64,000 nt of DNA from Sedimentisphaerales bacterium (GTDB lineage: Bacteria > Planctomycetota > Phycisphaerae > Sedimentisphaerales > Anaerobacaceae): contig OY970194.1 of assembly GCA_963708075.1 (NCBI GenBank), positions 6,656,001 through 6,720,000 of the forward strand, read 5' to 3'. Numbering within the stretch: position 1 is the first letter of the stretch; each line of letters opens with the position of its first letter. Positions 46,601 to 57,156 of this stretch are shown one piece after another. The notes under the pieces are model-generated. The model was not told where the DNA came from. It searched no databases and saw nothing but the letters and a program-made list of their open reading frames with translations. The translations under genes were made by a program, and so were the position numbers.

Positions 46601-47750
46601 GAAAAGAAGGATGTGCCCGTCGCCAGGATAGGTTTCATAAAATGTCAGACCGGACCCCATGACGATGTCATAGGCGCATCGCCTGGACTGATTGGCCGCT
46701 TTTCTGGACTTAACGACACGGATGAAAGACCGGGATTCCAGCTTGCTACTCTCTTGTCCCGGGACTTTGTCGATGATCTTGAAGATGCTGTAGCCTACAG
46801 ACCCCTGCCGGCTGGCTTCATAGCCCGCCGGGACGGCGATGGGCTCACTGGTAAGCGTGATCTCCACATCCGACAGGAAACTCTCCGCCATGCCGGTCGC
46901 CACCCACGATGCCTCATGGTGGAACTCGCTGGAGACAAGAATCACGAAACGCTTGAATTTCTTTCGGACCATGGCGAACGCACGGTTCATTGTCAGTCGG
47001 GCTTGGGACTGACTCAACTCTGTGTATTGGCGAACGATTGCCAGCAGTGCGTTGATCGAATCAATGAACAGTATGCCTTCCGGCTGAGAGCGGTCGATCT
47101 CCTTGGGACTACCTTCGGAAGTCGGATTCTCGTCAGTCTCATCCTCTTCGCGCGAACCGGCCAGGATGCCGGAAAGAAAAGACCAACCCCAGTCAAGGAA
47201 TAGCGGCACCACAATGTCCTTGAACGGTCCTATGAGGAGCCCCGTACCGAACTTGGCGACACCCTTTGTCAATTCATCCGGCTTCTTGGCACCGGGTTTG
47301 GCTCGGATCTCCTTGACAACCTCCTTCATGAAGCCGGCAGATAGCGGCACCAACAGATCGCCTCGCTTCTGCTTCTGGAAGAAGTGGAAATCTGTCGTGA
47401 CCTTGCGGACGACCTTACGTGGATCGGTTCTCAAGAGAGAGAAGAAGAGCCATGAGTTTGCCAGAGACGTACCTGCAGTCGTCGCTGGCCAGATAGTTGG
47501 ACATGATCTGCAGGCCCAAAGTAGTCTTGCCACTGCCGGGGCCACCTCTCAACACGATGATGTCTCCTGGCCGGATGCCTGTGCCGGCGCCCAGGCTCTC
47601 GTTGTATCCCAACAGCTTGTCCACTGCCGGAATGTTGGTCTTGAACTCAGGCCTGACCAATGTCGACAGGTGTCGATCTTCCTCCATTCCTGTGGTTTGC
47701 TCCCTGGGCTTTTGTGCTCTTCGCTCCTCAGGACGTTCAGATGATCCCAT
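43675..47750 (-). CDS. KaiC/RecA-like ATPase fused to a solute-binding-protein fold (~1,350 aa; apparent frameshifts near 47427 and 43881)
   Basis: RBS GGAGG; TNIPAVDKLL, GGPGSGKTT, LFIDS, SDVEI and IRVVKSR; then IPYNANVSFIVYRDDLL, TWEEM, LCTMLEFLWGCGG and WGDWHL...SEN. Confidence 0.8.
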
Positions 47751-48172
47751 GTATAGCCTCCGAGATACTGTGCTGCCCCGCGGCTTTGGAATCTTAAAAC
47801 GGGGACGGCCACCTATTATCTCCCTGTGCTGTCACATCCCGCGCGTCTTTAATGCCGCACCGACGCTGATGCTTGAATGTTTGAACAGCTCCAGCCTCAA
47901 ACCGATCCGTCACGGTCTTTGGGAGTCGTCTACTCACTCAACGCGCACTTGCCGCAAGTCCACCGACTAATATTGTGACAAAGTCAGTCAAACACGGCAA
48001 GGAGAAAATGAGTCAAGAGCCAAAGTTTTTGGTGTGGCGGGACATTCGCGTCAAAGACCGCAAAGATTAAAGACCTGTGATATCCAGGGTTTTCTTGGTG
48101 TGTCTGGCGAGAATAGGTGTTGTTGGTCTCTGGTTGTTCGTTGTTGGTAGGGGCGGCGTTTGAAGAAGGAAT

Positions 48173-48308
48173 GGATTCCCGATCAGGTCGGGAATGACAT
48201 CCACGTGTGCGGGGCATATCTACGTATTTCTACGTAGTTCGCGGTTGGAAGGACCTGGATTCCTGATCAGAGCCTGCCCTCGACCTGATCGGGGGTCGGG
48301 AATGACAT
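48173..48308. repeat. Two GGATTCC...GGGAATGAC palindromic elements (family D)
   Basis: ggattcccgatcaggtcgggaatgac and ggattcctgatc...gtcgggaatgac. Confidence 0.65.
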
Positions 48309-48351
48309 CATTCTTTGAACCACGAATTGCACGAATGGCACGAATTAGAAG

Positions 48352-49248
48352 CTACAAGTCTCCGTTGGATTCGTGTGATTGGTGTGATTCGTTGTTTGTT
48401 GCCGTTTCATGCGGGAAATTCAGGGCGGCGTAGGGGCCGTGGATCGCGACGGCGGCGCGGTCGTAAGCTCTCGCGGCGTCGGCCTCGATGTCGTAGGAGC
48501 CGAGGTAACGCTCTTTGCCTTGGTCCTTGATGTGGGCGATCCATTTGCGGCGGCGCTTGTTGTAGGAGACGCCGAGGTATTGGCTGCTTGCGGTGCGGCA
48601 CTTGCGGCGGTTGGCGTTGTTCTGGGCGGTGGTGCAGTTGCGGCAGTTGCGCTTGCGGTTGTCCAGGCCGTCGTGATTCTCGTGGTCGCAGACGAGGTGG
48701 TCGGGCGTGTTCCTGATCAGGCGGTGCATGTAGATGCGCTTGGATCGGCCGTGGGTCTGGACGTTACGCACGGCGTAGCAATTCTCCACGTTCATCTTGC
48801 AGCACCAGCGGAACTGCGAGAGCCAGACGTAGTCCTCCGGATCGACCTTGGCGAACTTGCCCTGCGTCAGCGGGATCTTGCAGTAATCGCCGAATTGGTC
48901 GGCGAAGACGGGAAGGCCGTCGAATTTATGATTTATGATTTTTGATTTATGATTTGGGGCGGAGGCGTCCGATTTTTGATTTTTGATGTTTGATTTTTGA
49001 TTTGCGATGGGTGCAGCGGCATGCCCGATCGTTCTGCTCTGATCCCCGACCCCTGACCCCTGATCCCTCTTCCTGATTTCGGGCTTGGGGCGGTGTCGGC
49101 CGCAGCGGTCGGTGGGCTGGACGATGGGCCAGCGGGCTTGGGCGGTGACGGGGTCGGGCGCCGGCGGGTTGCGCACGCAGCATAAGCGGCCGGCGATCTG
49201 CCGGACGAAGTAACAACTGCCGCATTGTCGAGCGGGCATGTCGGGCAT
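48352..49248 (-). CDS. HNH endonuclease-AP2 domain protein with an N-terminal Cys-rich module and repeat-encoded linker
   Basis: IPLTQGKFAKVD, YMHR, DHENHDGLDNRKRN, SSQYLGVS and YLGSY..EADAARAYD.AA...HG.YA.LNF. Confidence 0.88.
   Translation of the reverse strand: MPDMPARQCGSCYFVRQIAGRLCCVRNPPAPDPVTAQARWPIVQPTDRCGRHRPKPEIRKRDQGSGVGDQSRTIGHAAAPIANQKSNIKNQKSDASAPNHKSKIINHKFDGLPVFADQFGDYCKIPLTQGKFAKVDPEDYVWLSQFRWCCKMNVENCYAVRNVQTHGRSKRIYMHRLIRNTPDHLVCDHENHDGLDNRKRNCRNCTTAQNNANRRKCRTASSQYLGVSYNKRRRKWIAHIKDQGKERYLGSYDIEADAARAYDRAAVAIHGPYAALNFPHETATNNESHQSHESNGDL
48925..49070. repeat. Heptamer arrays (GATTT[A/T]T; CTGA[T/C]CC) within the HNH-AP2 CDS
   Basis: Translated as NHKSKIINHK, NQKSNIKNQKS and DQGSGVGDQ. 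Confidence 0.8.
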
Positions 49249-49805
49249 GCCTTGTCCTCTCCGGCCCGGGCATCGCGGGCGAATGATGATTCGCCCCTAC
49301 GGCCCAATGGGCCGGTGACGCTCCTGGCGCTTAGGCTGGCTGGCATGGGCAAACCATCGGCAAGCTGCCGCTTGCCGCTGCCACCCAGAAATATCATCCG
49401 GCCGTAAACCGGGCCGGAAAATCGTCCCCCCCTATATGCTCGAAAGTGCGCGAATTGGTCGAAAATTGTGAGCCGGGACGCGGGCGAGGTGGATGTAAGT
49501 CCTTGCGGGGCAAGGAATAAGAAAATGTTGCATGGCGGGCGGATTGGGTTCTAAACCGGCGCGCGAATCGTGCGAAAATCGACTGAAAGTGGTACGGGGG
49601 GACACGATTGCGGATTGCGGATTGCGGAATGCGGATTGAGGGAGGAGGCCGGGACGGCCTGATGGGGGGTTGCGGCCCTGGATCGGGGTCCAGGGTGACA
49701 TGATGGCAGAGTTATGGCGGGGGACGCGGCGGGAATCGCGGATTGCGTGTAGTGCGGGCGAAACCGGGGGGGGCGGGTTTGAAACCCGCCCCTACGGCTT
49801 GATTG

Positions 49806-50798
49806 TCACTTGGTGATCGGCGTCAGGACGATGTTTCGGTACTTGATGCCGGTGTGGTCGCCCTGTAAATAAATTGGGCCGGGCTTGAGTTCGTCGGACC
49901 AGAGGGCGCCGCCGGTGCAGCCGAGGAGCGGCTGGTTGTCGATGATCTTCCGGCCGTTGAGGATCACGGTGGCGTGGCGGTCGAGTAGCGTCAGGTCGAG
50001 GGTTTGCCACTGGCCGGCGGGCTTCTCGGCGCCGACGGTAGGCGTGATCCGGCTGTAGATGCCGCCCATGTTGTGCGAGTCGAGGGGCTTGCCGGCGGTG
50101 TCGGCGACCTGGACCTCGTAGATGCCGCGCAGGTACACGCCGCTGTTCTCGCCTTTGGCGACGTTCAGCTCGAGCTTCAGATTGAAGTCCTCAAACTCGG
50201 CGATGGTGCGGAGGTTGCCGTAGTTGATGTGCGGCTTGCCCTCCTGCTGGACGGGCTTATTGACGAGGACGCCGTCCTCGACCGACCAGCCGCTCTTGGC
50301 GCCGGGATCGGTCAGCTTCCAGCCTTCGAGGTCCTTTCCGTTGAACAGTGTGACTGGCTTGCCAAACTTGGCCTTGGCCAGGTCCGGCTTCGGCGGCAGG
50401 GGGGCAATCCGTTTGCCCGTGAATGTCGCGGGGGCGGTCATGGACCCATCCGGTCGTTTGGTAACCGTGGTGAGCTTGAGGTTGTCGCCGTCGAGCGTCG
50501 CGGTGATCGTCTCGGTGGAAATCTTCTTGGGGTCCCGGGGAGCTTCATGGATGCGCGTCACGACAAGGGTGTCGCCTTTGACTTCGACCTCCTTCACAGG
50601 CACGACGCTGCCGCCGCCCCAGAGGATGCTGCCGGAGAGCCTGCCATCCTTCTCGACCACGCCGAGCCAGCCGGCCCCGCCGCCGGGAATGGTCAGCGCC
50701 CATCGGCCGACGAAGGGATTCGCCGCTTGGCCGGCGAATGCGGTGCAGGTAATCGACAAGCCCAGGACAACCAGTGCGTAACGCGTGCCTTTGTTCAT
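49806..50798 (-). CDS. DUF1080 (3-keto-disaccharide hydrolase) domain protein, exported
   Basis: LFNGKDLEGW, W.VEDG, NSGVYLRG.YEVQ, GQWQ and GPIYLQGDH..IKYRNI. Confidence 0.9.
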   Translation of the reverse strand: MNKGTRYALVVLGLSITCTAFAGQAANPFVGRWALTIPGGGAGWLGVVEKDGRLSGSILWGGGSVVPVKEVEVKGDTLVVTRIHEAPRDPKKISTETITATLDGDNLKLTTVTKRPDGSMTAPATFTGKRIAPLPPKPDLAKAKFGKPVTLFNGKDLEGWKLTDPGAKSGWSVEDGVLVNKPVQQEGKPHINYGNLRTIAEFEDFNLKLELNVAKGENSGVYLRGIYEVQVADTAGKPLDSHNMGGIYSRITPTVGAEKPAGQWQTLDLTLLDRHATVILNGRKIIDNQPLLGCTGGALWSDELKPGPIYLQGDHTGIKYRNIVLTPITK

Positions 50799-50943
50799 GT
50801 GATCAACCCTTTCCTTCACATAAGATCCAGCTATGCTTCGAGAGATCGTGCCCAACAGGATACCCGCGCGGCCGTGACAATGCAACAAGTGTCGGGCCGC
50901 TCGGTCTCCACGTGTCTGCGAAGATTTCAGGACATTTTCGGAT

Positions 50944-51023
50944 GGGTGGCATCGGCAAGGCCGAGGGCTTTGCCGATGGCGAATGGGCAAACCATCGGCA
51001 AGCTGCACTTGCCGCTGCCACCC
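50944..51023. repeat. Family C palindromic element
   Basis: Reverse complement of 20048-20127 with few differences. Confidence 0.85.
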
Positions 51024-51138
51024 AAGACTCAAGAACTTGGGACGAACCCAACGAGTTTGGCGGTGCCACCCGGCCGCGCAACCAGCCTGTTGGGACAGGG
51101 TTTTAGTCGCACACGCGCCGCTGTGGGGACGCAGGTCG

Positions 51139-51912
51139 TCACGGCTCGCCGCCGAAGGGCAGGAGCAGGGCGACGGAGAAGCCGGTGCTGTCGTCCGTGA
51201 ATCGTCCTTCGGCCATGAGGTCGCATCGGCTGAGCCAGCCGGTGCTCGATGGGCCGGCCTTGAACAGGGTCACGGTTCCGCCGACGTAGCCGCCGGCGTC
51301 CCACTGGTGATCGACGTCGAAGGAAGTGCTCACAGTCTTGGCGTCGAAATCCAGGCTGCCCGTGACATAGCGAAGGAGCAGGCCGCCGTAGACGGTAAAC
51401 CGGTCGTGCCGCCAGGTCGGGCCCGTCGCGAAGTTATACTCGACGATGTTCAACTCCTCGTCCGTGGGCAGCAGGGTGGGCACCTCCGGCTCCCCAATGA
51501 GCCACTCTTCGACGGTGTCGAAGCGAGAGACGAGGTTGGTGAATTGAGCCATCGCGCCCCAGGTGAAGTTGTTCCACTCGAACGCGGTCAGCCGCGTGCC
51601 CAGGCCCCAGGAGAGATTCATATCACCGTCAAAACCGGAGGCCTCGGCCTGAGCCGCTCCGAGACGGACGAAGAACTCCAGCCACTGCGTAGCCGCGACG
51701 GAGAATACGGCGAATGCGCTGTCGAAGTCGAAGTCCTCCGTGACCTCGTCCCCATCGATCTCCAAGGGAAGATCGACGTCGGTCTGCCCATATTCAAGGG
51801 ATATGCCGAAGCGCTCGCCGCCCAGCATGGCGGTGGACGGCCCCGCCAGCGTCGTCGCGAACACAGACTGGCCCACCACAAGAACAGCGAGAGGAACTAC
51901 GATTCGTCGCAC
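51139..51912 (-). CDS. Putative outer-membrane beta-barrel protein
   Basis: Signal peptide and alternating aromatic/hydrophobic strands (FFVRLGA, SWGLG, VYGG, GGYVG). Confidence 0.6.
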   Translation of the reverse strand: MRRIVVPLAVLVVGQSVFATTLAGPSTAMLGGERFGISLEYGQTDVDLPLEIDGDEVTEDFDFDSAFAVFSVAATQWLEFFVRLGAAQAEASGFDGDMNLSWGLGTRLTAFEWNNFTWGAMAQFTNLVSRFDTVEEWLIGEPEVPTLLPTDEELNIVEYNFATGPTWRHDRFTVYGGLLLRYVTGSLDFDAKTVSTSFDVDHQWDAGGYVGGTVTLFKAGPSSTGWLSRCDLMAEGRFTDDSTGFSVALLLPFGGEP

Positions 51913-52175
51913 AACTCATCTCCTTGCGTTCTCACCCGCGGAAAACGGATAACCCACGGCCTGTTTCCGCTTCTCAAGCCCGGCCGCACACAACCATTAC
52001 TCAGGCCGCTCTATTGTGTGCCGGCCGGTCCGAAAAGGCAATGGAAAAACCCGAGGCATGCTTGTGGTGACGTCGTGAGGAGTCTCGGGGAAGTGTAAGG
52101 TGTAAAGTCTGAAGTGTGAAGTCGGATGGCCGGGCAGAAGGGAAGAAGGTAAGAACTCGCAGGGTGGGGCCTGCC

Positions 52176-52772
52176 TTATGCGTGGCGGAGGGCGAAGGCG
52201 GCGCCTCGGCGGAGGGCTTCGGCGTTGGTGGGGATCATTTTGTAATGGCGCTCGGCCAAGACGTCGGGCAGGGCCTCGGCGGCCTGGTCGGGGGTGAGGT
52301 GGCCCCGCTTGCCCAGGTAGGCGCCGAGCATGACCATGTTGGCGCTCTTGGGCGAGCCCGCCTCAAGGGCGAGGTCCTCGGCCGGCACGCCGATGACCTC
52401 AACGCCGTCCGGCACGGAATGCACGTTCTGGATCAGCGAGTTGTTGAAGATCATCAGTCCGCCCGATTTCAGGCGCGGCGCGAATTTGCTCAGCGCGGCC
52501 TTGTTGCAGATGACGAGCGAGTTCGGATTGCTGACGACCGGGCAGGCGATCGGCTTGTTCGAGACGATCACCATGCAGTTGGCGGTCCCGCCGCGGACCT
52601 CGGCCCCGTAGGACGGCATGTACGTCACTTCCAAGCCGGCACGCATCGCCGTCTGGGCCAGGAGCTTGCCCGCCAGGACGATCCCCTGGCCGCCGAAACC
52701 GGCCATTACCATTTCTTCGTAGAGGCCCGTTGTGATTGCGGATTGCGGATTGCGGATTGCGGATTGACTCAT
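52176..52772 (-). CDS. 2-oxoacid:ferredoxin oxidoreductase gamma subunit
   Basis: AGFGGQG, PSYGAEVRGG and ANMVMLGA; the N-terminus SAIRNPQSAI is encoded by a heptamer array (52735-52766). Confidence 0.92.
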   Translation of the reverse strand: MSQSAIRNPQSAITTGLYEEMVMAGFGGQGIVLAGKLLAQTAMRAGLEVTYMPSYGAEVRGGTANCMVIVSNKPIACPVVSNPNSLVICNKAALSKFAPRLKSGGLMIFNNSLIQNVHSVPDGVEVIGVPAEDLALEAGSPKSANMVMLGAYLGKRGHLTPDQAAEALPDVLAERHYKMIPTNAEALRRGAAFALRHA

Positions 52773-52795
52773 TGGCTCACCTGTGTCTGCTGATC

Positions 52796-53526
52796 TCAGC
52801 CCTTCAGACGGGCGATAGGAAAGACCTTGCTCATGTCCTGCTCGATCCACTTCATGGCGTCAGCCGGCGACATCCGCCAGTACGTGGGGCAGGGGGACAG
52901 GATCTCCACCAGCGAGAGTCCCGGGGCTCCGTTCATCTGGAGCTCGAAGGCGTGCTTCAGGGCCGCCTTGGCCTGCCGGATGCGAGGGACACTGCTCAAG
53001 GCGCAGCGTTCCACGTACACGGCGCCGGGCAGGAGCGCGAGCAGCTCCGAGACTTGCAGTGGATAGCCTTGGCCGTTGGATTGCCGGCCCTGGGGCGTGG
53101 TCGCCGTCACCTGGCCGAGGACAGTGGTGGGAGCCATCTGGCCGCCGGTCATGCCGAACACGGCGTTGTTGATGAACACCACCGTGAGCTGCTCGGCGCG
53201 ATGAGCGGCGTGGATGATCTCCGCCGTCCCGATCGCAGCAAGGTCGCCGTCGCCCTGATAGGAGAAGATGATGCTGTCGGGGTTCGTGCGTTTCATGCCG
53301 GTGGCGACGGCGGGGGCCCGCCCGTGTGCGACCTCGATCATGTCCACGTCGAGGTAGTTGTACGCGAGCACCGCGCAGCCGACCGGGGCGATGCCGATCG
53401 TCCGGCCCCGGATGTCAAGCTCCTCGATCACCTCGGCGATGAGCCGGTGAGCGATGCCATGCCCGCAGCCGGGACAATAGTGCGTCGGGCAATCCTTGAG
53501 TACCCTTGATTTCTTGAATACTGTCT

Positions 53527-53530
<4 letters not shown>
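52796..53530 (-). CDS. 2-oxoacid:ferredoxin oxidoreductase beta (TPP-binding) subunit
   Basis: HYCPGCGHG, HGRA, YQGDGD, NN..FGMTGGQ.APTT and SPCPT. Confidence 0.93.
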
Positions 53531-54587
<1,057 letters not shown>

Positions 54588-54591
<4 letters not shown>

Positions 54592-54866
54592 CGCTTTTCC
54601 TCGATCAGGCGGGGCGTGTCTTTCTTGGCCGCCGTGGCGACGATGGGGATCCGGTCCGCCTCCTCTATGTATACCTCGATGACGGCGTCCGGGCAGACAG
54701 TGGCGCACCTGGCGCAGCCTGTGCAGCCGGGATTCTTCGCCTGGGCGGCGAAATAGCCGTTCTTGTTGGACTCCTGCGAGGTGACGATGCAGTTGTGGGG
54801 GCAGGCCGTGATGCACAGGCCACAACCCTTGCACCGCTCCATGTCGATTACGATTCTGCCTGCCAT
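54588..54866 (-). CDS. 2x[4Fe-4S] ferredoxin (delta subunit)
   Basis: CKGCGLCITACP and CTGCARCATVCPD. Confidence 0.93.
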
Positions 54867-55338
54867 GATTACATCCCTGGCGATTTCAATCTTGACAAAT
54901 ATGCCCCGACGAACATTGGCGCGGGCAAATACCGCGCTCCAGCACGGCGATCATGCTACCAGCGCAGCATGCCCCTGTAAAGAACAAAAAGGCGTGCCTC
55001 CCTGGAGCAAGGCTCGCTTCATAGTAGCATGGGAACAGCCCATTTCAATTCATATGACAGGGGGGGGCGAGGGCTGTCGACCGTCTGCTTCCGCTCCGTT
55101 AAGGAAGCTATGTTGCTTCGTGGAGAGTCGGCCCTTCGACTTGACCGGCAGGACAGCACTGGTCGCAGAAGCAGAGTGTGGCACCGGCTTCATTTTGGCG
55201 TAAAGGCCGGCCGAGGGGAATTCTGGGGGCATCGATGAGCGAGTGGATGTCAGCTTGGTCATCCCGTCCGTCGGCAGAACAGAGCGTCTCCACCCGTTTC
55301 AAGAAGCAGGGCCCGTTGTGGGCGGCTTGGATGCAAAG

Positions 55339-55367
55339 GGACGGGGCCTGCCAGGAGACCCCGTCCA
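55339..55367 (-). terminator. Possible terminator after the PEP-CTERM-like gene
   Basis: GGACGGGG/CCCCGTCC stem followed by a short T-tract on the minus strand. Confidence 0.5.
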
Positions 55368-55388
55368 TCAGTTGAGCACAAGGAATAA

Positions 55389-55889
55389 TTAGAGGGCTCT
55401 TCTTCTGCGGAGCCAGCCCACGAGGCTGACGCCAATACCGCCGAGCAGAATAGCTCCTGGCGCAGGAACAGGAGGAGAACTCAATTGCGTCCACAATCCC
55501 GCCGGGACGCCACCTACTCCGTTGCCCTGGATCGTCAGTTCGTGGGCGCCGGGGGCCAACAGGACTTCCCCTCCGGAGTACACGGGGTTCTGCCATGCCG
55601 CTTCCCCGTCGCCGCCAAAACCAGTTGGCGCACCGGCGTATGGAAGGGTCGTCGTCAGAATAAGCGCTGCGAAGTCGTAGACATAGTAGATGTCATCTAT
55701 GACGTAATCGTCGGTAATCCTGAAGACGGCAGGATCCGTCAGGTTAAAGACATAGGGGGAACTGATGGAGTTAACGAAAGCTTCGTTGATTTGATCCGAA
55801 AACCACCCCGCGTCCAGAACCGGTGCCGCCGAAGCGGTACCGACCATCGTCATTACAAAACAAACTGCCATCAATCTCTTCATTCTCAT
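55389..55889 (-). CDS. PEP-CTERM-like (VPAPGA) sorting-domain protein
   Basis: Signal peptide ...ASA; C-terminus VPAPGAILLGGIGVSLVGWLRRRRAL. Confidence 0.85.
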   Translation of the reverse strand: MRMKRLMAVCFVMTMVGTASAAPVLDAGWFSDQINEAFVNSISSPYVFNLTDPAVFRITDDYVIDDIYYVYDFAALILTTTLPYAGAPTGFGGDGEAAWQNPVYSGGEVLLAPGAHELTIQGNGVGGVPAGLWTQLSSPPVPAPGAILLGGIGVSLVGWLRRRRAL

Positions 55890-56098
55890 CTCCTTCTCTC
55901 CGATAAACCCTGATGCAATAACAACTTACGTGGCTGTCACAGTAGCAAAGCCAAGACCGGCTTTTTCCTTCATCCAATTCTTTCGAACCAGACTTGGGCG
56001 CGTCCAACAACCCATCACCGTGCCTCCAGCGAAGCAAAAGGCCACTTCGCGGAGTCACGAGAATCACTGCTTAGCTCTCGTCTAAGGCAATATTCTCT

Positions 56099-56128
56099 AT
56101 TTTACCAAACGCTTGTGAAAAATGTCAA
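56099..56128 (-). promoter_or_regulatory. Sigma70 promoter for the PEP-CTERM-like gene
   Basis: Minus strand TTGACA-N18-TAAAAT with an extended -10 TG. Confidence 0.6.
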
Positions 56129-56342
56129 GATTAATACTATGGGAATACTGGGAAAATTTCAAGAATCCGCTTCTTGCAGGAGTCTTTCCACAGGCTGGGT
56201 ATGTTTCTCTATGGAATGCCTGTAGTGGATGAGGGATCGCAGATGACTGTGCCCTGCCTTGGCCCTCCGTTCTGTGTCTTCTGGCTTCACGGAGAGGCTG
56301 GAGCTTGTCAGCGGGACTGGTCTGTGGTTTACTGTGCTCCAT

Positions 56343-57117
56343 ATGGAGAGCCGGTTGTTTGATCTGACGGGTGCGACGGCCCTGGTGACGGGGGCGGGGC
56401 GGGGCATTGGGTTTGCGCCTGGCGCGGGGATTGGCCCAGCAGGGGGCCGATGTGGCTCTGGTGGCGAGGACGCGGAACGAGCTGGAGGCGGCGAAGGAGC
56501 AGATCGAGAACCAGACAGGCCGCCGGGCGTGGGTGTTTCCTTTTGACTTGGCCAATCTTCATGCCATCGGGGAGCTGTTCGACAAGATCGTTCAGGCGGT
56601 GGGGGGCGTTGACATCCTGGTGAACTGTGCCGGGATGACGGTTCGCGAGCCTACGGAGGATGCTTCGCTGGAGAGCTTCAACCGGGTGATGGAGGTGAAT
56701 CTGACATCCGTCCTGTTGCTGTCGCAGGCGTTCTGCAGGCACCGCAAAGAGATGGGCAAGCCCGGGCGGATCATCAACATCGGCTCCTTGGCCTGTCATG
56801 CGGCCCGGCCGACCATCGCCGCTTACGCCTGCAGCAAGATGGGCGTACTGGGTCTGACGAGGACGCTGGCGGTCGAGTGGGCCAGGTATGGCATCAACGT
56901 CAACGCCATCGGACCCGGCTATATCGCGACCGATCTGACGGCTCCGTTGCAGGCCGATGCCGAGTTCAGCCGGTGGGTGCTGTCGAAGACGCCCCTGGCC
57001 CGGTGGGGCCGGCCGGAGGACCTGGTCGGCACGGCCGTGCTGCTCGCATCCAAAGCAGGCGACTTCATCACGGGACAGATCTTCTACGTGGACGGCGGCT
57101 GGACCGCGCTTGTGTAG
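56343..57117 (+). CDS. SDR oxidoreductase (gluconate 5-dehydrogenase/KduD-like), apparent frameshift near 56417
   Basis: FDLTG..ALVTGAGRGIG in one frame; VNCAG, YACSK, NVNAIGPG and YVDGGW in the next. Confidence 0.88.
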
Positions 57118-57156
57118 GTGGATGGTATGCAAAAGGTAGCAAAGGGGAGTCTCTCC

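Noticed and set aside
46620..47750. KaiC as a circadian clock component
   Set aside because: It has a single ATPase domain, there is no kaiA/kaiB nearby, and it is fused to an unrelated fold.
54870..55340. Possible riboswitch or ncRNA upstream of the oxidoreductase operon
   Set aside because: There are some short hairpins but no conserved aptamer motif I can recognise; an Rfam search is needed.
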